Of a stretch of 23,144 nucleotides of DNA, positions 1 through 11,965 are shown piece after piece. Below the pieces are notes generated by a model. That model did not search any database, was not told where the DNA came from, and worked only from the letters and a program-made list of their open reading frames with translations. How positions within the stretch are numbered: the first letter of the stretch is position 1; every line of letters begins with the position of its first letter. The stretch comes from Tubiluchus corallicola. Lineage: Eukaryota > Animalia > Priapulida. The stretch is taken from assembly GCA_030141605.1 (NCBI GenBank), contig JAQGDQ010001864.1, forward strand, positions 1 through 23,144, given 5' to 3'. A program made the position numbers and the translations under genes.

Positions 1-241
1 ATTGAGCAATACGTAACTCAACATTGTACTTCGTTCAGTTACGTATTGCTTCATATAGAAACACAACAGAAACCACTTAAGATGCCACTTCAGTAAAGAA
101 TTTGTCAACGTTGCAATTCAGATGAAATAGAAGATAAAGCCGTACTGAAACTTGTTACTACGATGAACGAAACATAACCACCTGCGGTCTGCCTTTCTCA
201 GTAAAATTAATAACTTGCGCCCAAACTTCTATAATCTATCG

Positions 242-530
242 GCTGTATAAAACACGTAATTTAAATTCCCGCGATGACCGTTAGACGCAGCCATTTTGAC
301 AATAAGTCATTTGAAACAAGTTTAGATAACATTGAGTAAAGTTTGAAAAAATAATCAGAGCATTCGTAGTGCACAGGTCACTAACTAAGTAAAATTTAAA
401 ATTACTGTATCTTGTCAATAAAATTAAAAATATGTTTTTCGGTTAGTGAGTGGTGCACCCTGGAGGGTGAATTGCCAATTGGTGAAAACATTCTAGGTAA
501 TTAAAAATTTTCTTTTCTAGTTACATAAGT
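242..530 (+). repeat. Dispersed repeat A, copy 1 (inverted copy at ~11966-12257); probable non-autonomous transposon fragment
   Basis: About 290 bp align to the reverse complement of 11966-12257, with scattered substitutions. Example: gcagccattttgac..aagtcatttgaaacaagtttagataacatt vs aatgttatctaaacttgtttcaaatgactt..caaaatggctgc. Confidence 0.85.
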
Positions 531-1063
531 TACATAAAAATTCCTTTTAACAGTACGATATATGCATAAAGTAATACAATTTTTAAGGCAATTTTTCTGA
601 AACCTACTTCAGGTGCCCCCTTTTCTTGTCCCTTAACGCTGTGAGAACATATGCCAACTATTTTTTCTAATTCTAAAGAAACGTTTATAAAAGCGCCATC
701 TCTTTTACAAGATGTCTAAATAACACTTTGGTTAACAATGTTAACAATTCTTATCGTCTTTCGCCCCGTATATAAACAGTCTGTTGGTGATGAAATGTTA
801 CAACTCTCGTCGTGTTTTCTATATGCTGTTTTGTTTTTATTTATGATTATGTGAATTTAAATTAGAATTGGTAATTATGTTTATTATAATTGTACTCGCT
901 TTTTTTCATTGTGTATAATATGTGTAAATTTTTGTTACTAAGTATTAAAATGTGTTCGTTATCTTTTATTATGTATGTATGTAGTGTTGGATTATAATTT
1001 GTAACTATGTCTATTGTATATGATCGTTGTTGTTCAATCTGTCTCCTGCGTTGGATTCTAAAT

Positions 1064-1240
<177 letters not shown>

Positions 1241-1315
1241 AGGTTTAATACGTTGTAAATGCTTTTTGAAATTTTAAACATATCCCTCTACAAATAGAAG
1301 GAATGTATTCTGTAA

Positions 1316-1342
1316 TTAATAATTATAATAATTATAATAACT

Positions 1343-1373
<31 letters not shown>
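1316..1373. repeat. (AAT)n microsatellite, imperfect
   Basis: Read directly. Confidence 0.9.
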
Positions 1374-1376
<3 letters not shown>

Positions 1377-1750
1377 CTTTGACTAAACTTTTTGACACTT
1401 TAATTAAACCAGTAACATCCAACCCTCAGAAATCTGGTCACCGCTTCCTTTTAACAATCATAAAGTCAGAATTAACAATATAATTCGCATAGGAAATGTC
1501 TATGACTCAATCCCAGCAGAATTGTTAAATATAAAATGTTTTGTGTTTGCATTAGGTGTCGGAAAAATGTCGTCCGTGGTGAATTGGGTCGCTATCCACT
1601 TTAAATTAAAATACTGTAATACTAAAGACTCTAAAGTACTGGATACGACTATTACCAGCACCAAATCACACACTAATATATCAAAATCGTCAATAAAACT
1701 TGAATCTTGTTAATACTAACATGTCCTGCTTTCAAACCTACAATGTCCTA

Positions 1751-2055
1751 CAATCATTTGCAAAAGTTTAAGACCAAAGTGATTTTTTCATGAAAATTGA
1801 CAAAACCATCGTTTAACACGGTTCCATCTAAAAACTATTCATTTATTCTTCCAGAAAAATATACTACAGCATAGTTTGTATGTTTTTATCCAAAAATAGT
1901 CACAGTCCTTGAACATTTTAGTACTTTGTATGGCCGCCGAAGTTGTCAATCACTGCCTTCATTTTAAGAGGCATACTGGAAATTAGGTTTTGGCAGTACT
2001 CGGAAGTAATTTCTTTAACCCAAACGTCCTTGATAACTCTTCGCAAGTTGAATAT
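1751..2055 (-). mobile_element. Tc1/mariner (Tc1-like) transposon 3' remnant: transposase C-terminus plus right terminal repeat
   Basis: Minus strand 2055-1918 translates to IFNLRRVIKDVWVKEITSEYCQNLISSMPLKMKAVIDNFGGHTKY*. This matches the typical Tc1 C-terminus (W..I....C..L..SMP.R..AVI...GG.TKY). The element ends at TA|CAATCATTTGCAAAAGTTT (TA at 1749-1750), a Tc1-like terminus. Confidence 0.88.
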
Positions 2056-3253
2056 CTAGATTGTTTTTAGTTGTTCATTAATGGTCTTCATCGCTTATTG
2101 TAATGGCCACAATGAAACGTGTCTTGTTCGCTAACTTTTGTAAAAACATTCTGTATCACAGTGGTTTCTCACATCTCCGGGAAAACCAGCGTGTGATGTA
2201 TGAAGCCCAGTTCTTTCGTGCAGTAAAATTCAAGCTACAAGCGGCCTACAACGATTTTTTTATAGTATAGAATTACAAAAGAAACAGGCAGGAATAATAA
2301 CGAAAACAAAATAAACTCCACACTTGCTGCAAGTTTAAATCAGAATTTTAGCAAGAAAACTATTTACATTTTATAAACAACAAATATGAAAAAAGTGCTC
2401 ATACATACATATAGAAATAGCTACATACATATATGAGCTTCATTCATTACATCATTCCATTTTAAGCACTAATGTTTTTTTATCACGATTCACTTGAAAT
2501 TTTCAGATTATTTCCATTACTTTTTTTTCTATCACCGTGTGGGACAATCTAACAAGCCCTGCTTTTTGATTGCCCGCAACACATTTACATTAGTATATAG
2601 GTGAACAGTGTTTGAGGCTTTTCCTGTGCAGTATTTCTTATTTGTATTATGTTCATTGTAGGCCCTTTCACTAGATATTGTACATGTAACTATTGTAAAT
2701 GTGTAAGGTGAAATAAATGACTTATCACTGAAGGACAACACCAACAACTTAAAGTCAATGTGAATATAACAATCTATCTACATTGTGACAGCCAACAAGT
2801 AGAAGAGGAAATTGATTTTTTCTTTTGCTGCTTCTTCTACAACCGGTTAAGACAACAACCTTTTTATTCTGATATAAGAAGCATCAATAGCAATTTCATT
2901 AAGTTTAGCGAAAAGCTAAACTTCTCAGGGAGGGGGGGGTTAGCGACAGAGATACAACCAAAATAGTCGCCCATTGCATTTTTCTTAAGTGTTTTAAAAT
3001 AAGGAGTAAATAGTACGAACATGTAAATATTGATAACATTATTTATTATTTTTTCATACTAACTGTGTCTATACTAAAATTATATAAATGTGTTATTTGT
3101 TGTGTGTTTTTTTTACTCCATAGCTATAATGTAATAGTTCTGTTGTCTTTTTGTTGTTGTTTTGTTGTATTTTTGTAATGAAATGTATATGCCAATAATA
3201 CATTCATCTAAATTGTATAAAACCACCTGAAGGTGCCATTATGGACATCATTT

Positions 3254-3406
3254 AAATACAGGATAGGTATAACTGATTCAGATCTGTGTGTCTGCGGTTT
3301 GGGCAGTCAAACCCCAGAACATTTAATTTTTCATTGTCCGTTACCATTGGTTAGACAAGATATAAGAGTAAATCTCGAACGCAGCTTAGAAAATAATGAT
3401 ATTTGA
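3254..3406 (+). mobile_element. Non-LTR retrotransposon ORF2 C-terminal zinc-knuckle fragment
   Basis: Translates to KYRIGITDSDLCVCGLGSQTPEHLIFHCPLPLVRQDIRVNLERSLENNDI*. The CxCG...QT.EH.I..CP motif is the cysteine-rich terminus of LINE reverse transcriptases (I/Nimb/R1-like clades). No upstream RT is present. Confidence 0.72.
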
Positions 3407-3882
3407 AATATTTACAGAAAGAGAGACACTAATGTAATTAAAATGTATATAGATATTGTAAAAGAACTAACCCAAAATGATCTTATAGTAATTTGATTAT
3501 ACATTGATTATAAATATTGGACATAGATTTAGAAAAAGTAAATCGTAATGCAAAATTATCAGCTTGTTTAGTAAGAAATTTATTTAATGTACATAGTCTA
3601 AAGACTTATTTAACATTTTTGTACTTTTGTGCCCTACAAATAGAGGGCTTTTTGCATAACTTTCAATAAAGATTTTTAATAATGATAATTGTAGTAAAAT
3701 GTACATGCCAATAATAAATTCAATAAATTCTTTTAAGTCTGTCTGGCACATACTCACTGGACATATACCTAGTAATATCCACTTTTTACCTGTGCTGAAT
3801 ACACTTTTCATTGATCAAAATCATTTTGAAATTTTCTAATAACGTTCATTAAGATTTGGTTTTAAACATAATTTATTGAAGG

Positions 3883-4632
3883 TGTAACGTATGACTAGGT
3901 TTGAATTGGTGGGCTAGCTTTCCAGGCCTGGATGTTATACGTATTGGCCTACGTGGCAGAGTGTAGAATGGCCGTGTTGAGAAATGGTCAGATGTAACTA
4001 TATCACGGTTTCTTTCATACGATGATTGAACGAGAAATGGACGGTTTGTTCATTATTATGTTCTTCATTCGCTGGTGGAACTTCGTCAGTTACACATTTG
4101 CTGAGAGACATTTGTTAAATTAGGCATCCATTACACAGCCTGATTACCTTTACGTTGTATGACGATACTGTCACCTGTGACTTCACGTTCGATGGTCTAA
4201 ATCGCTTCCGTTCTGCGTGGGAACTCGGAGGAGATGACCTTCTCATTATCCGATCTCAAGAGATCCCATTCTGTGTCCTGCCAGTTTGATGGAAAGCTGT
4301 GGAGACTTCCTGGAAAAGGCTACCTGCTGCCTACGAAGTAGACTCAGAGAGACGCTAACTTAGCCAACCTTCACTGGAGACCGAATTCTGCTGCATTACT
4401 GCAACGTGCGTGAGGAAGGACCGGTCCTACCCAAGTATTGGAGAAGACCTCGCCTTGGTGAACCACTATTTTGTTAATGTTGTTTGCGGAAAGACTGTTT
4501 TTTTTATAATGTCCTATACAATGTTTGCTCTGTAAATTGAAATAATTATCCTGACACTTATCTATAAAAACAAAAATAATTTGCAAACGTGTTTTATTGT
4601 CACAGGATGTTGTCACAAATGGTGTCATCCGG
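3883..4632 (+). mobile_element. Putative LTR (3883-4617) followed by a primer-binding-site-like sequence; internal region absent
   Basis: A GC-richer segment that starts TGTAACG and ends GTTGTCACA. It is followed after 2 nt by TGGTGTCA (4620), a PBS-like start complementary to a tRNA 3' CCA end. No TSD and no second LTR were seen. Confidence 0.45.
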
Positions 4633-4706
4633 TTTCGTGCAATATAAACACTTATCCCGCCAGCTGCTTCAAAATCTTTTTTTAACTTATAGAGCGAATT
4701 CTATAA

Positions 4707-5150
4707 ACTAAGTAACCAGCCCGGCACCTACTACGTGCTGGCAAGTTTACATGTGCATCTAAAAATCAACAAAAACCTGTAAATTAATAATTTACACAAT
4801 TAATGTTAATTACTTACACATTTTAAGGTGTAATCTTGTAGATTAAAGCAAGATAACCACTTTAAATTTGATTATAACTGATCGAATGACTAATTTCTAG
4901 ATAAACACAGTTGAACACATTAGAATAACTGAACTTCTAAGCAAATTGTAGAAATTTCTCAACGCGTATCTTCATCACAGCTTGCCTTCACAGCATTCAC
5001 GCTGCCCAACAGAAACCAGCTTACGTCATTTTTTTCAAATATGCCGGCATCAATGTTGGTGGGAGATAAAAAAAATTTAAATTTCTTTTACATTTTTAAG
5101 CAAAGCCTTCTATACGCGTGATTTTAATACTTTTAATTGTACATTAGAAT
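4707..5150 (+). mobile_element. Possible Helitron/Helentron-type non-autonomous element
   Basis: It starts AACTAAGTAACC, followed by the hairpin ccggcac-ctactac-gtgctgg. This resembles Helentron-associated element ends. Boundaries are uncertain. Confidence 0.2.
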
Positions 5151-5187
5151 GCAATAAATGTTGTTGGAGACTTGGTTCTTCTTGTAA

Positions 5188-5576
5188 TGTGAAAGTTAGT
5201 TATGAAGTTGAAATTGAACACTTGTAGAAAACAACTAAACACTATATTTCATGTTTGCACAAAAACTGAAACACTTTTATTGCACTACATAGTTATATGT
5301 AACATGACTGCTAAACTACACTGAGTACCAGAATGTCCTGCACTGATCACGAAGAATTAGAGTGGCTAGAAGAGAAATCTAGCCAGTTTATATAGGTAGA
5401 GAACTATGCAAAAACTTGGCTTCACATATCCCATTACAGTAAAAATAGGGGAGATCCAGTGAGTTTGCATATTCACTGGACCGAGCAATTGTACTAGGGG
5501 TGAGTTTAACGAGTAAATGTTAAAGTGACTAATCAATAGATGGCAGCACCTAAAATATACAGTTACAACTTTCACA
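5188..5576 (-). mobile_element. Solo LTR, family B copy 1, with 5-bp TSD TGTAA
   Basis: Termini TGTGAAAGTT...AACTTTCACA form a 10-bp inverted repeat (TG..CA). TGTAA lies at 5183-5187 and 5577-5581. The minus strand carries TATATAAA followed by AATAAA. Homologous to 10849-11283. Confidence 0.88.
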
Positions 5577-6096
5577 TGTAATGCTATAACAAAGCCAAAC
5601 ATAAACGGAATATCCGTTCGAAGATAAGAACGTCTTGAGCTGTGATACAATCACCGCCCACGCATGCGTAGGAGTTAAGCTTATCAGCAAATGCACGCCA
5701 TACTTGGATTAATGTTAAAACCCTCGTCTTTAAGGTCAAAATCTTACGTTGGTGAACGACTACTATATTTATTTCAATACGTATTGACGGCAACGTTATT
5801 CACTGATTCGATAGGGAATATAAACACTTGTCTCTCCCACTGTCTGAACAGAGAGGAGATTTATGTGTGAGGTCTAACAAACCGACAAAAACAAAACATT
5901 TTAGGTGGTTTCATAACACTGGTAATATACGAATAATAGTGGAAATAATGGATAGTATGTCACTTCATGTATTTTTACTGTCTGAACACAGAAACAATAC
6001 ACAGTTGTGTCATTTTGCTCATGTTACACGTACTTGCTTCTCAGGAGTATTGTTACAATCTAAGAAGGGGAGAGAATGTTTCAATTGTGCAACATA

Positions 6097-6362
6097 AGGT
6101 GATGATATTAAAATCGGAAAGCAACAGCAATGCATGTTTTTTTCAGCACAAGAATGTACTAGCTAGCAAGATTTCGATTATTTAATGCTACCAGCATTTT
6201 TATGTACAACAGTGAAACGTGGGGTTTAACGATTACTCAACTGCAAGATTGACCTTTTCCATAGAAATTTCCTAAAGAAAGTTTTAAACATAAGAAGGCC
6301 GTTCTTAGTCAAAAATGAAGAATTATACACCACAACTAAACAAATTTCTTGCATTCATAGTG
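6097..6362 (+). mobile_element. Degenerate LINE (RTE/CR1-like) ORF2 fragment, C-terminal to the RT domain
   Basis: Two frames joined by a frameshift give RLFNATSIFMYNSETWGLTITQL (6175-6243) and KIDLFHRNFLKKVLNIRRPFLVKNEELYTTTKQI (from 6245). This fits the Y.SETW.L....kid.F....Lr.Il.I.w....NEEly pattern of LINE ORF2. Confidence 0.8.
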
Positions 6363-7891
6363 AAAAATGAAGAATTATACACCACAACTAAACAAATTCC
6401 TTACATTCATAGTGAAAAATGAAGAATTATACATCACAACTAAACAAATTTCTTGCATTCATAGTGAAAAATGAAGAATTATACACCACAACTAAACGAA
6501 TTCCTTGCATCCATAGTGAAAAATGAAGAATTATACATCATAACTAAACAAATTCCTTGCATCCATAGTGAAAAATGAAGAATTATACATCATAACTAAA
6601 CAAATTCCTTACATTCATAGTGAAAAATGAAGAATTATACATCATAACTAAACAAATTCCTTACATTCATAGTGAAAAATGAAGAATTATACTCCACAAC
6701 TAAACGAATTCCTTGCATCCATAGTGAAAAATGAAGAATTATACATCATAACTAAACAAATTCCTTACATTCATAGTGAAAAATGAAGAATTATACACCA
6801 CAACTAAACGAATTCCTTGCATCCATAGTGAAAAATGAAGAATTATACATCATAACTAAACAAATTCCTTGCATTCATAGTGAAAAATGAAGATTTATAC
6901 ACCACAACTAAACAAATTCCTTGCATCCATAGTGAAAAATGAAGAATTATACATCATAACTAAACAAATTCCTTGCAATCATAGTGAAAAATGAAGAATT
7001 ATACACCACAACTAAACAAATTCCTTGCATTCATAGTGAAAAATGAAGAATTATACACCACAACTAATCGAATTCCTTGCATCCATAGTGAAAAATGAAG
7101 AATTATACACCACAACTAAACGAATTCCTTGCATCCATAGTGAAAAATGAAGAATTATACATCATAACTAAACAAATTCCTTGCATTCATAGTGCAAAAT
7201 GAAGATTTATACACCACAACTAAACAAATTCCTTGCATCCATAGTGAAAAATGAAGAATTATACATCATAACTAAACAAATTCCTTGCAATCATAGTGAA
7301 AAAAGAAGAATTATACACCACAACTAAACAAATTCCTTGCATTCATAGTGAAAAATGAAGAATTATACACCACAACTAATCGAATTCCTTGCATCCATAG
7401 TGAAAAAGGAAGAATTATACATCATAACTAAACAAATTCCTTGCATTCATAGTGAAAAATGAAGAATTATACATCATAACTAAACAAATTCCTTACATTC
7501 ATAGTGAAAAATGAAGAATTATACATCATAACTAAACAAATTCCTTGCATTCATAGTGAAAAATGAAGAATTATACATCACAACTAAACAAATTCCTTGC
7601 ATTCATAGTGAAAAATGAAGAATTATACACCACAACTAAACGAATTCCTTGCATTCATAGTGAAAAATGAAGAATTATACATCATAACTAAACAAATTCC
7701 TTGCATTCATAGTGAAAAATGAAGATTTATACACCACAACTAAACAAATTCCTTGCATTCATAGTGAAAAATGAAGAATTATACACCACAACTAAACAAA
7801 TTTCTTACATTCATAGTGAAAAATGAAGATTTATACTGCACAACTGAACAATTCCTTGCATTCATAGTGAAAAATGAAGAATTATACACCA
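6311..7891. repeat. 52-bp minisatellite, ~30 copies
   Basis: Unit aaaaatgaagaattatacaccacaactaaacaaattccttgcattcatagtg; period confirmed at 6311 and 6363; few variant sites. Confidence 0.98.
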
Positions 7892-8023
7892 TTAACTCTT
7901 ACACGGCCTAAATATGAAAAATTTTGCAATTTAGATTACTGTTATTATTGTAAGTTTTTCTCTGTTAGCAAAAACCTCTCAAACGTACATCGCACAATTG
8001 ACAATATGCTGCTGCTCAAAAAT

Positions 8024-8630
8024 TTAAAGCAAAACCGGACCCAATATTAAACTGTAGGTCAAAACAATCTACTCTTCAAAATATTGAAAGGAAACATAAT
8101 GTGTTTTCAAAAACGACTTACGTGAAAGAATTATTACCACACAAACACAATTTCATGTTCACACCACTAGTTCTTCGCTGTTACATGCATTTCGCCATTC
8201 TCTAGTTAGACGGGCACTAGCGGCTGCGTTTTGTAAAGCGTTGAACAGTTCTCAGTTCAGATGTGTTGGTTTGTTATGAACTGCACACTTTTGACGGCTC
8301 ATGCGTGAGCACAGCGGTAAATTTGAAATTTGAATTTTTATCTTAAACCTTGCCTAGTTTTAGTACAACACACAGAATATCTTAGAGTAGCACTGTACTT
8401 CAATTTTCACTTTCGCAAACACGTGCAACACGCTCGTGGAATATTTTTGCTGTTGAAAATTATGCAAGTTTATGCTGTCATCACTAGTTGGGCACGCCCG
8501 CCGTTAATTAAGATTTTAATCTATTATTTAATTATCAGAAACGATTTTGCAGTATTAATTGTGTTAAAATGAATACTTTTTATCGGACTTAAAAATGGGG
8601 TAGTATATGAAAAATCATCCTGTCTTCCTT
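8024..8630 (+). repeat. Dispersed repeat C, copy 1 (other copies 14425-14733 partial and 21061-21664); probable non-autonomous DNA transposon
   Basis: Shared blocks include ttaaagcaaaacc..ggtcaa.acaatctact, tgaaagaattattaccacacaaacacaa, and (copies 1 and 3) gtagtatatgaaaaatcatcctgtc. All copies have the same orientation. Confidence 0.88.
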
Positions 8631-9090
8631 TGAAGCAATTTCGTTCTTACGTGATTCTTAGACTGGTAACTAATTACTTTAGCTTAATTGTTTTTTGATA
8701 TTCGGGCAGCTGCACTTTGGACAGAGATTATTAACGTTCAAATTTCATGTCTCAAAGTATCAGCCATCGACGATGATTATGTTTCTGCGCCGTCTTTAAA
8801 CAACACCCTCAAGACAAGAAATCTTCTATTTATGTCCATTGCAGAAAACTTAGCACAGACCTGAGATTAATTTTCTTTTCTTAGCAAAAAGAGCTGCTAA
8901 TAGACAGCTGTAAACTTTGTAAAATTTAATATTGAATATTTGCTATTGTTGCGGGGCTGAGCTTCGCCCTGTTTTGTGTTCAAATTTTCATTCACTCAAG
9001 GACAGATATGCGGCCTGCATGTCATTTCAAAGTCGCCTTAAAGTAAAACATTCTTTCAAACATTAACATTTTAATTTTACAAAATTACTA

Positions 9091-9608
9091 AGCAGAACCG
9101 TCCAAGGGTGATTACAACGACCCTGGCGGCGAGAATCCCACGGCAAAACCGTCCAGGGGTGATTACAAGGACCCTGATGGCGAGAACCCCACGGCAGAAC
9201 CGTCCAGGGGTGATTACAACGACCCTAGCAGCGAGAACCCCACGGCAGAACCGTCCAGGGGTGATTACAACGACCCTGGCGGCGAGAACCTCACGGCAGA
9301 ACCGTCCAGGGGTTATTACAACGACCCTGGCGGCGAGAACCTCACGGCAGAACCGTCCAGGGGTTATTACAGTGACCCTGGCGGCGAGAATCCGACGGCA
9401 GAACCGTCTATGGGTGATTACAGTGACCCTAGTGGCGAGAACCTGATGGCAGAACCGTCCAGGGGTTATTACAACGACCCTAGCGGCGAGAATCCGACGG
9501 CAGAACCGTCCAAGGGTGATTACAACGACCCTGGCGGCCAGAACCCGACGGCAGAACCGTCCAAGGGTGATTACAACGACCCTGACGGCGAGAATCCGAC
9601 GGCAGAAC
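9091..9608 (+). repeat. GC-rich 51-bp tandem repeat, ~10 copies, open in the frame (AEPSRGDYNDPGGENPT)n
   Basis: Period 51 (9091, 9142, 9193...), i.e. 17 codons. No indels were seen. Confidence 0.95.
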
Positions 9609-10200
9609 AATATCATGATTTTGTTAATATATTATAAAAGATAAAGACAAAGAAATGAATTGATTAAATTCAAGGTAAAGATAAAGATGATGAAGATTAA
9701 GTTGAAAATCAAGATTAAGATCAAGGTAAAGATGAAGATGCTGCTGATGCAGATGCAGAAGAACATCGAGTTGAATATGCACATATGGAAACAGATGGAA
9801 AAACAGATATAGATGCAGCCGACGATGCAGATGCAGGTGAAGATAAAGTTACTGATGACTGTGAAGATGAAAGCGAAGGTAAAAATGAAGATGCTGATGC
9901 TGATGCAGAAGAACATCGAGTTGAAGATGCAGATATAGAAACAGATGCAAATTCAGATATAGAGGCTAGTAAAGATAAAGTTGCTGAAGATGAAAGTAAT
10001 GATGAAAGTGAAGGTGAAGATGAAGATGAAGATGTTGATGAAGATAACGATAGAGATAAAGGTAAGTTAAAGATAAAAGTAATAGATTAAAGATAAAAGA
10101 GAATGTGACAAAGACAAATTACTGCGAGGTAATAAACACATTCGATATGTCATGCTAGCAGCTGCAAAGACATTGCAAATGTTACAAACATTCTTATTAT
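9092..10200 (+). pseudogene. Possible decayed coding sequence: 17-aa repeats, D/E-rich tract and a degenerate zinc-finger-like segment
   Basis: The repeat ORF (9410-9637) and the acidic ORF (9785-10090) share a frame. They are separated by stops, some of which look like GAA>TAA changes within GAT/GAA runs. From 10120 a different frame reads YCEVINTFDMSC*QLQRHCKCYKH. Confidence 0.35.
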
Positions 10201-10298
10201 ACCTTAACAAAATCATCGTGTTGGACATTTTTTCATAGTAACAAACGAACTCATGGTACATAAATTACATTACTCGAATACTAACAAGTATTTTGAAC

Positions 10299-10747
10299 AG
10301 CTTGAAGTACTTAAACTTATTGCAAATTCTTTAAATAAACTAGAATAGCTGTCTTTGTTTGTCAATAAAAATGTTGTTTAAGAAGTACAACTGTTTTGTT
10401 ATTTATTGCAAACCAAATTAGCACATATTTGGAAAAAAACTATTTTTAACAAAAATGTTACTAAACCTTGAAGGGCCTCTAGGATGCAGCCTATACTAGT
10501 CTATAAAACTATCCGACCTACTCAAGAATCACCGACCTACTCAAGCATTACCCACCTACTCAAGAATCACCGACCTACTCAAGCATTACCCACCTACTCA
10601 AGAATCAATTCTGGGTTCAGATTCATTACAACCATAGTGAAAAAAAACTGATATTTTTTATCAAATGTAACCAAATCTCGATGGTACCCCAGCTTGATTT
10701 GGCCCTAGGTTGCACCCCATACTAGCCTATAGAATAATCCTGCCCTG
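10299..10747 (+). repeat. Dispersed repeat D, copy 1 (inverted copy ~15353-15730), with internal 19-bp tandem units at 10513-10607
   Basis: Blocks ttattgcaaat.ctttaaataaactaga, ccaaattagcacatattt, cttgaaggg..ctaggatgcagcctatactag and ggttcagattcattacaaccatagtgaa match the reverse complement of 15353-15730. This copy ends in taatcctgccctg, a MITE-like end. Confidence 0.8.
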
Positions 10748-10848
10748 AATGAAGGCATGATAGATTATTTATTGATTTTGAATGTATGTTATGGAAATGT
10801 AATTCTTACTATGAACATAATTACCAACAAAAAGACTACATTTGTTAC

Positions 10849-11283
10849 TGTGAAAGTTATTTGTGAAGTTGAAATTGAACACTTGTAGAAAACAACTAAA
10901 CACCAGATTACATGTTTGCACAAAACTGAAACACTTTTATTACAATAAATACACATGAGTAAAATGCACAAGTAAAATGAAGATCACAACTGCTGCACAG
11001 TACTGAGTGTGTGACAGAGAGACAGTGTGTCCCATGAGTTGCACGACTGCACTGCCTGAGACAGAGAGTGACTAGCAGTGAAATCTAGCCAGTTTATATA
11101 GGTAGAGAACTATGCAAAAGCTTGGCTTCACATATCCCATTACAGTAAAAATAGGGGAGATCCAGTGAGTTTGAATATTCACTGGACCGAACAATTGTAC
11201 TAAGGGTGAGTTGAACTAGTAAAATGTTAAAGTGACTAATCAATAGATGGCAGCACCTAAAATATACAGTTACAACTTTCACA
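10849..11283 (-). mobile_element. Solo LTR, family B copy 2, with 5-bp TSD GTTAC
   Basis: Termini TGTGAAAGTT...AACTTTCACA. GTTAC lies at 10844-10848 and 11284-11288. It is near-identical to copy 1 over the right-hand ~200 bp and divergent in the middle. Confidence 0.88.
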
Positions 11284-11812
11284 GTTACTTTATTAAAATA
11301 AATACGACCAGCAAAACCTTTCAAGGCCCTGCTGGGCAATGAGCATAAACTTCACACTTTGGGCAATGAGTTGTTGACCAACTGATGGTCAATATATTAC
11401 TAATAATGTCAATTTTAATAACAAGAAATGAATACAGCTTCATTACGCGTTGTTTTGTACCACTAGCAAAAGGACACGTACCATGGTGTACATGTGTTGG
11501 AAAATCCTGATGCTAATAGAAAGAACAGAATACTTTATTGCTGGGACTACTTTTCTCAAATTAGTACCGAACTGCTTTGAGTTAAACGCCATTAACTGCG
11601 AAGCCATCAAATGGCCATTAAGTCGCTTTTACTGCCATCTACATATTAAACTACAAGTTAAAACTCATGTAAGGTGATCGTTAAAACAACGTTTTGCCTA
11701 ATCGCACTACTGCAGCAACTAGTGGGACTGTTTATGTCTTTATTCTGACGTCTTTATGCAAATGAATCATAATCATTAAAAAAAGATTTTTCACTAGAGT
11801 CAAAATTACTAC

Positions 11813-11897
11813 CATCATTATCGTCTTTACGATATCATTGTCATTATCGAGTAGTTATTGTAGACATCGTCATTGTCGTCATTATCGTCATTGTCGT
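11813..11897. repeat. Degenerate (TCA/TCG/TTG)n trinucleotide low-complexity tract
   Basis: catcattatcgtc...catcgtcattgtcgtcattatcgtcattgtcg read directly. Confidence 0.6.
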
Positions 11898-11965
11898 AAA
11901 ATTATGTCCCAAAAAACTTACCATTTAAAATTATGTTACATAGCTTTCGCTTACCTGCTTGAAAG

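Noticed and set aside
3584-3811. Minus-strand ORF as a DNA-transposase fragment
   Set aside because: The resemblance is vague, needs frameshifts, and shows no catalytic motif.
6311-7891. CRISPR array (also considered for the 51-bp and 60-bp arrays)
   Set aside because: Units are head-to-tail with no unique spacers, there are no cas genes, and the context is eukaryotic.
10669-10690. Minus-strand ...VPSRFG as an RFamide exon
   Set aside because: It lacks the HxFL core and basic cleavage sites, and it lies inside a dispersed repeat.
5188-11283. One full-length LTR retrotransposon
   Set aside because: Each LTR has its own TSD, the outer flanks differ (TGTAA vs GTTAC), and no gag/pol lies between them.
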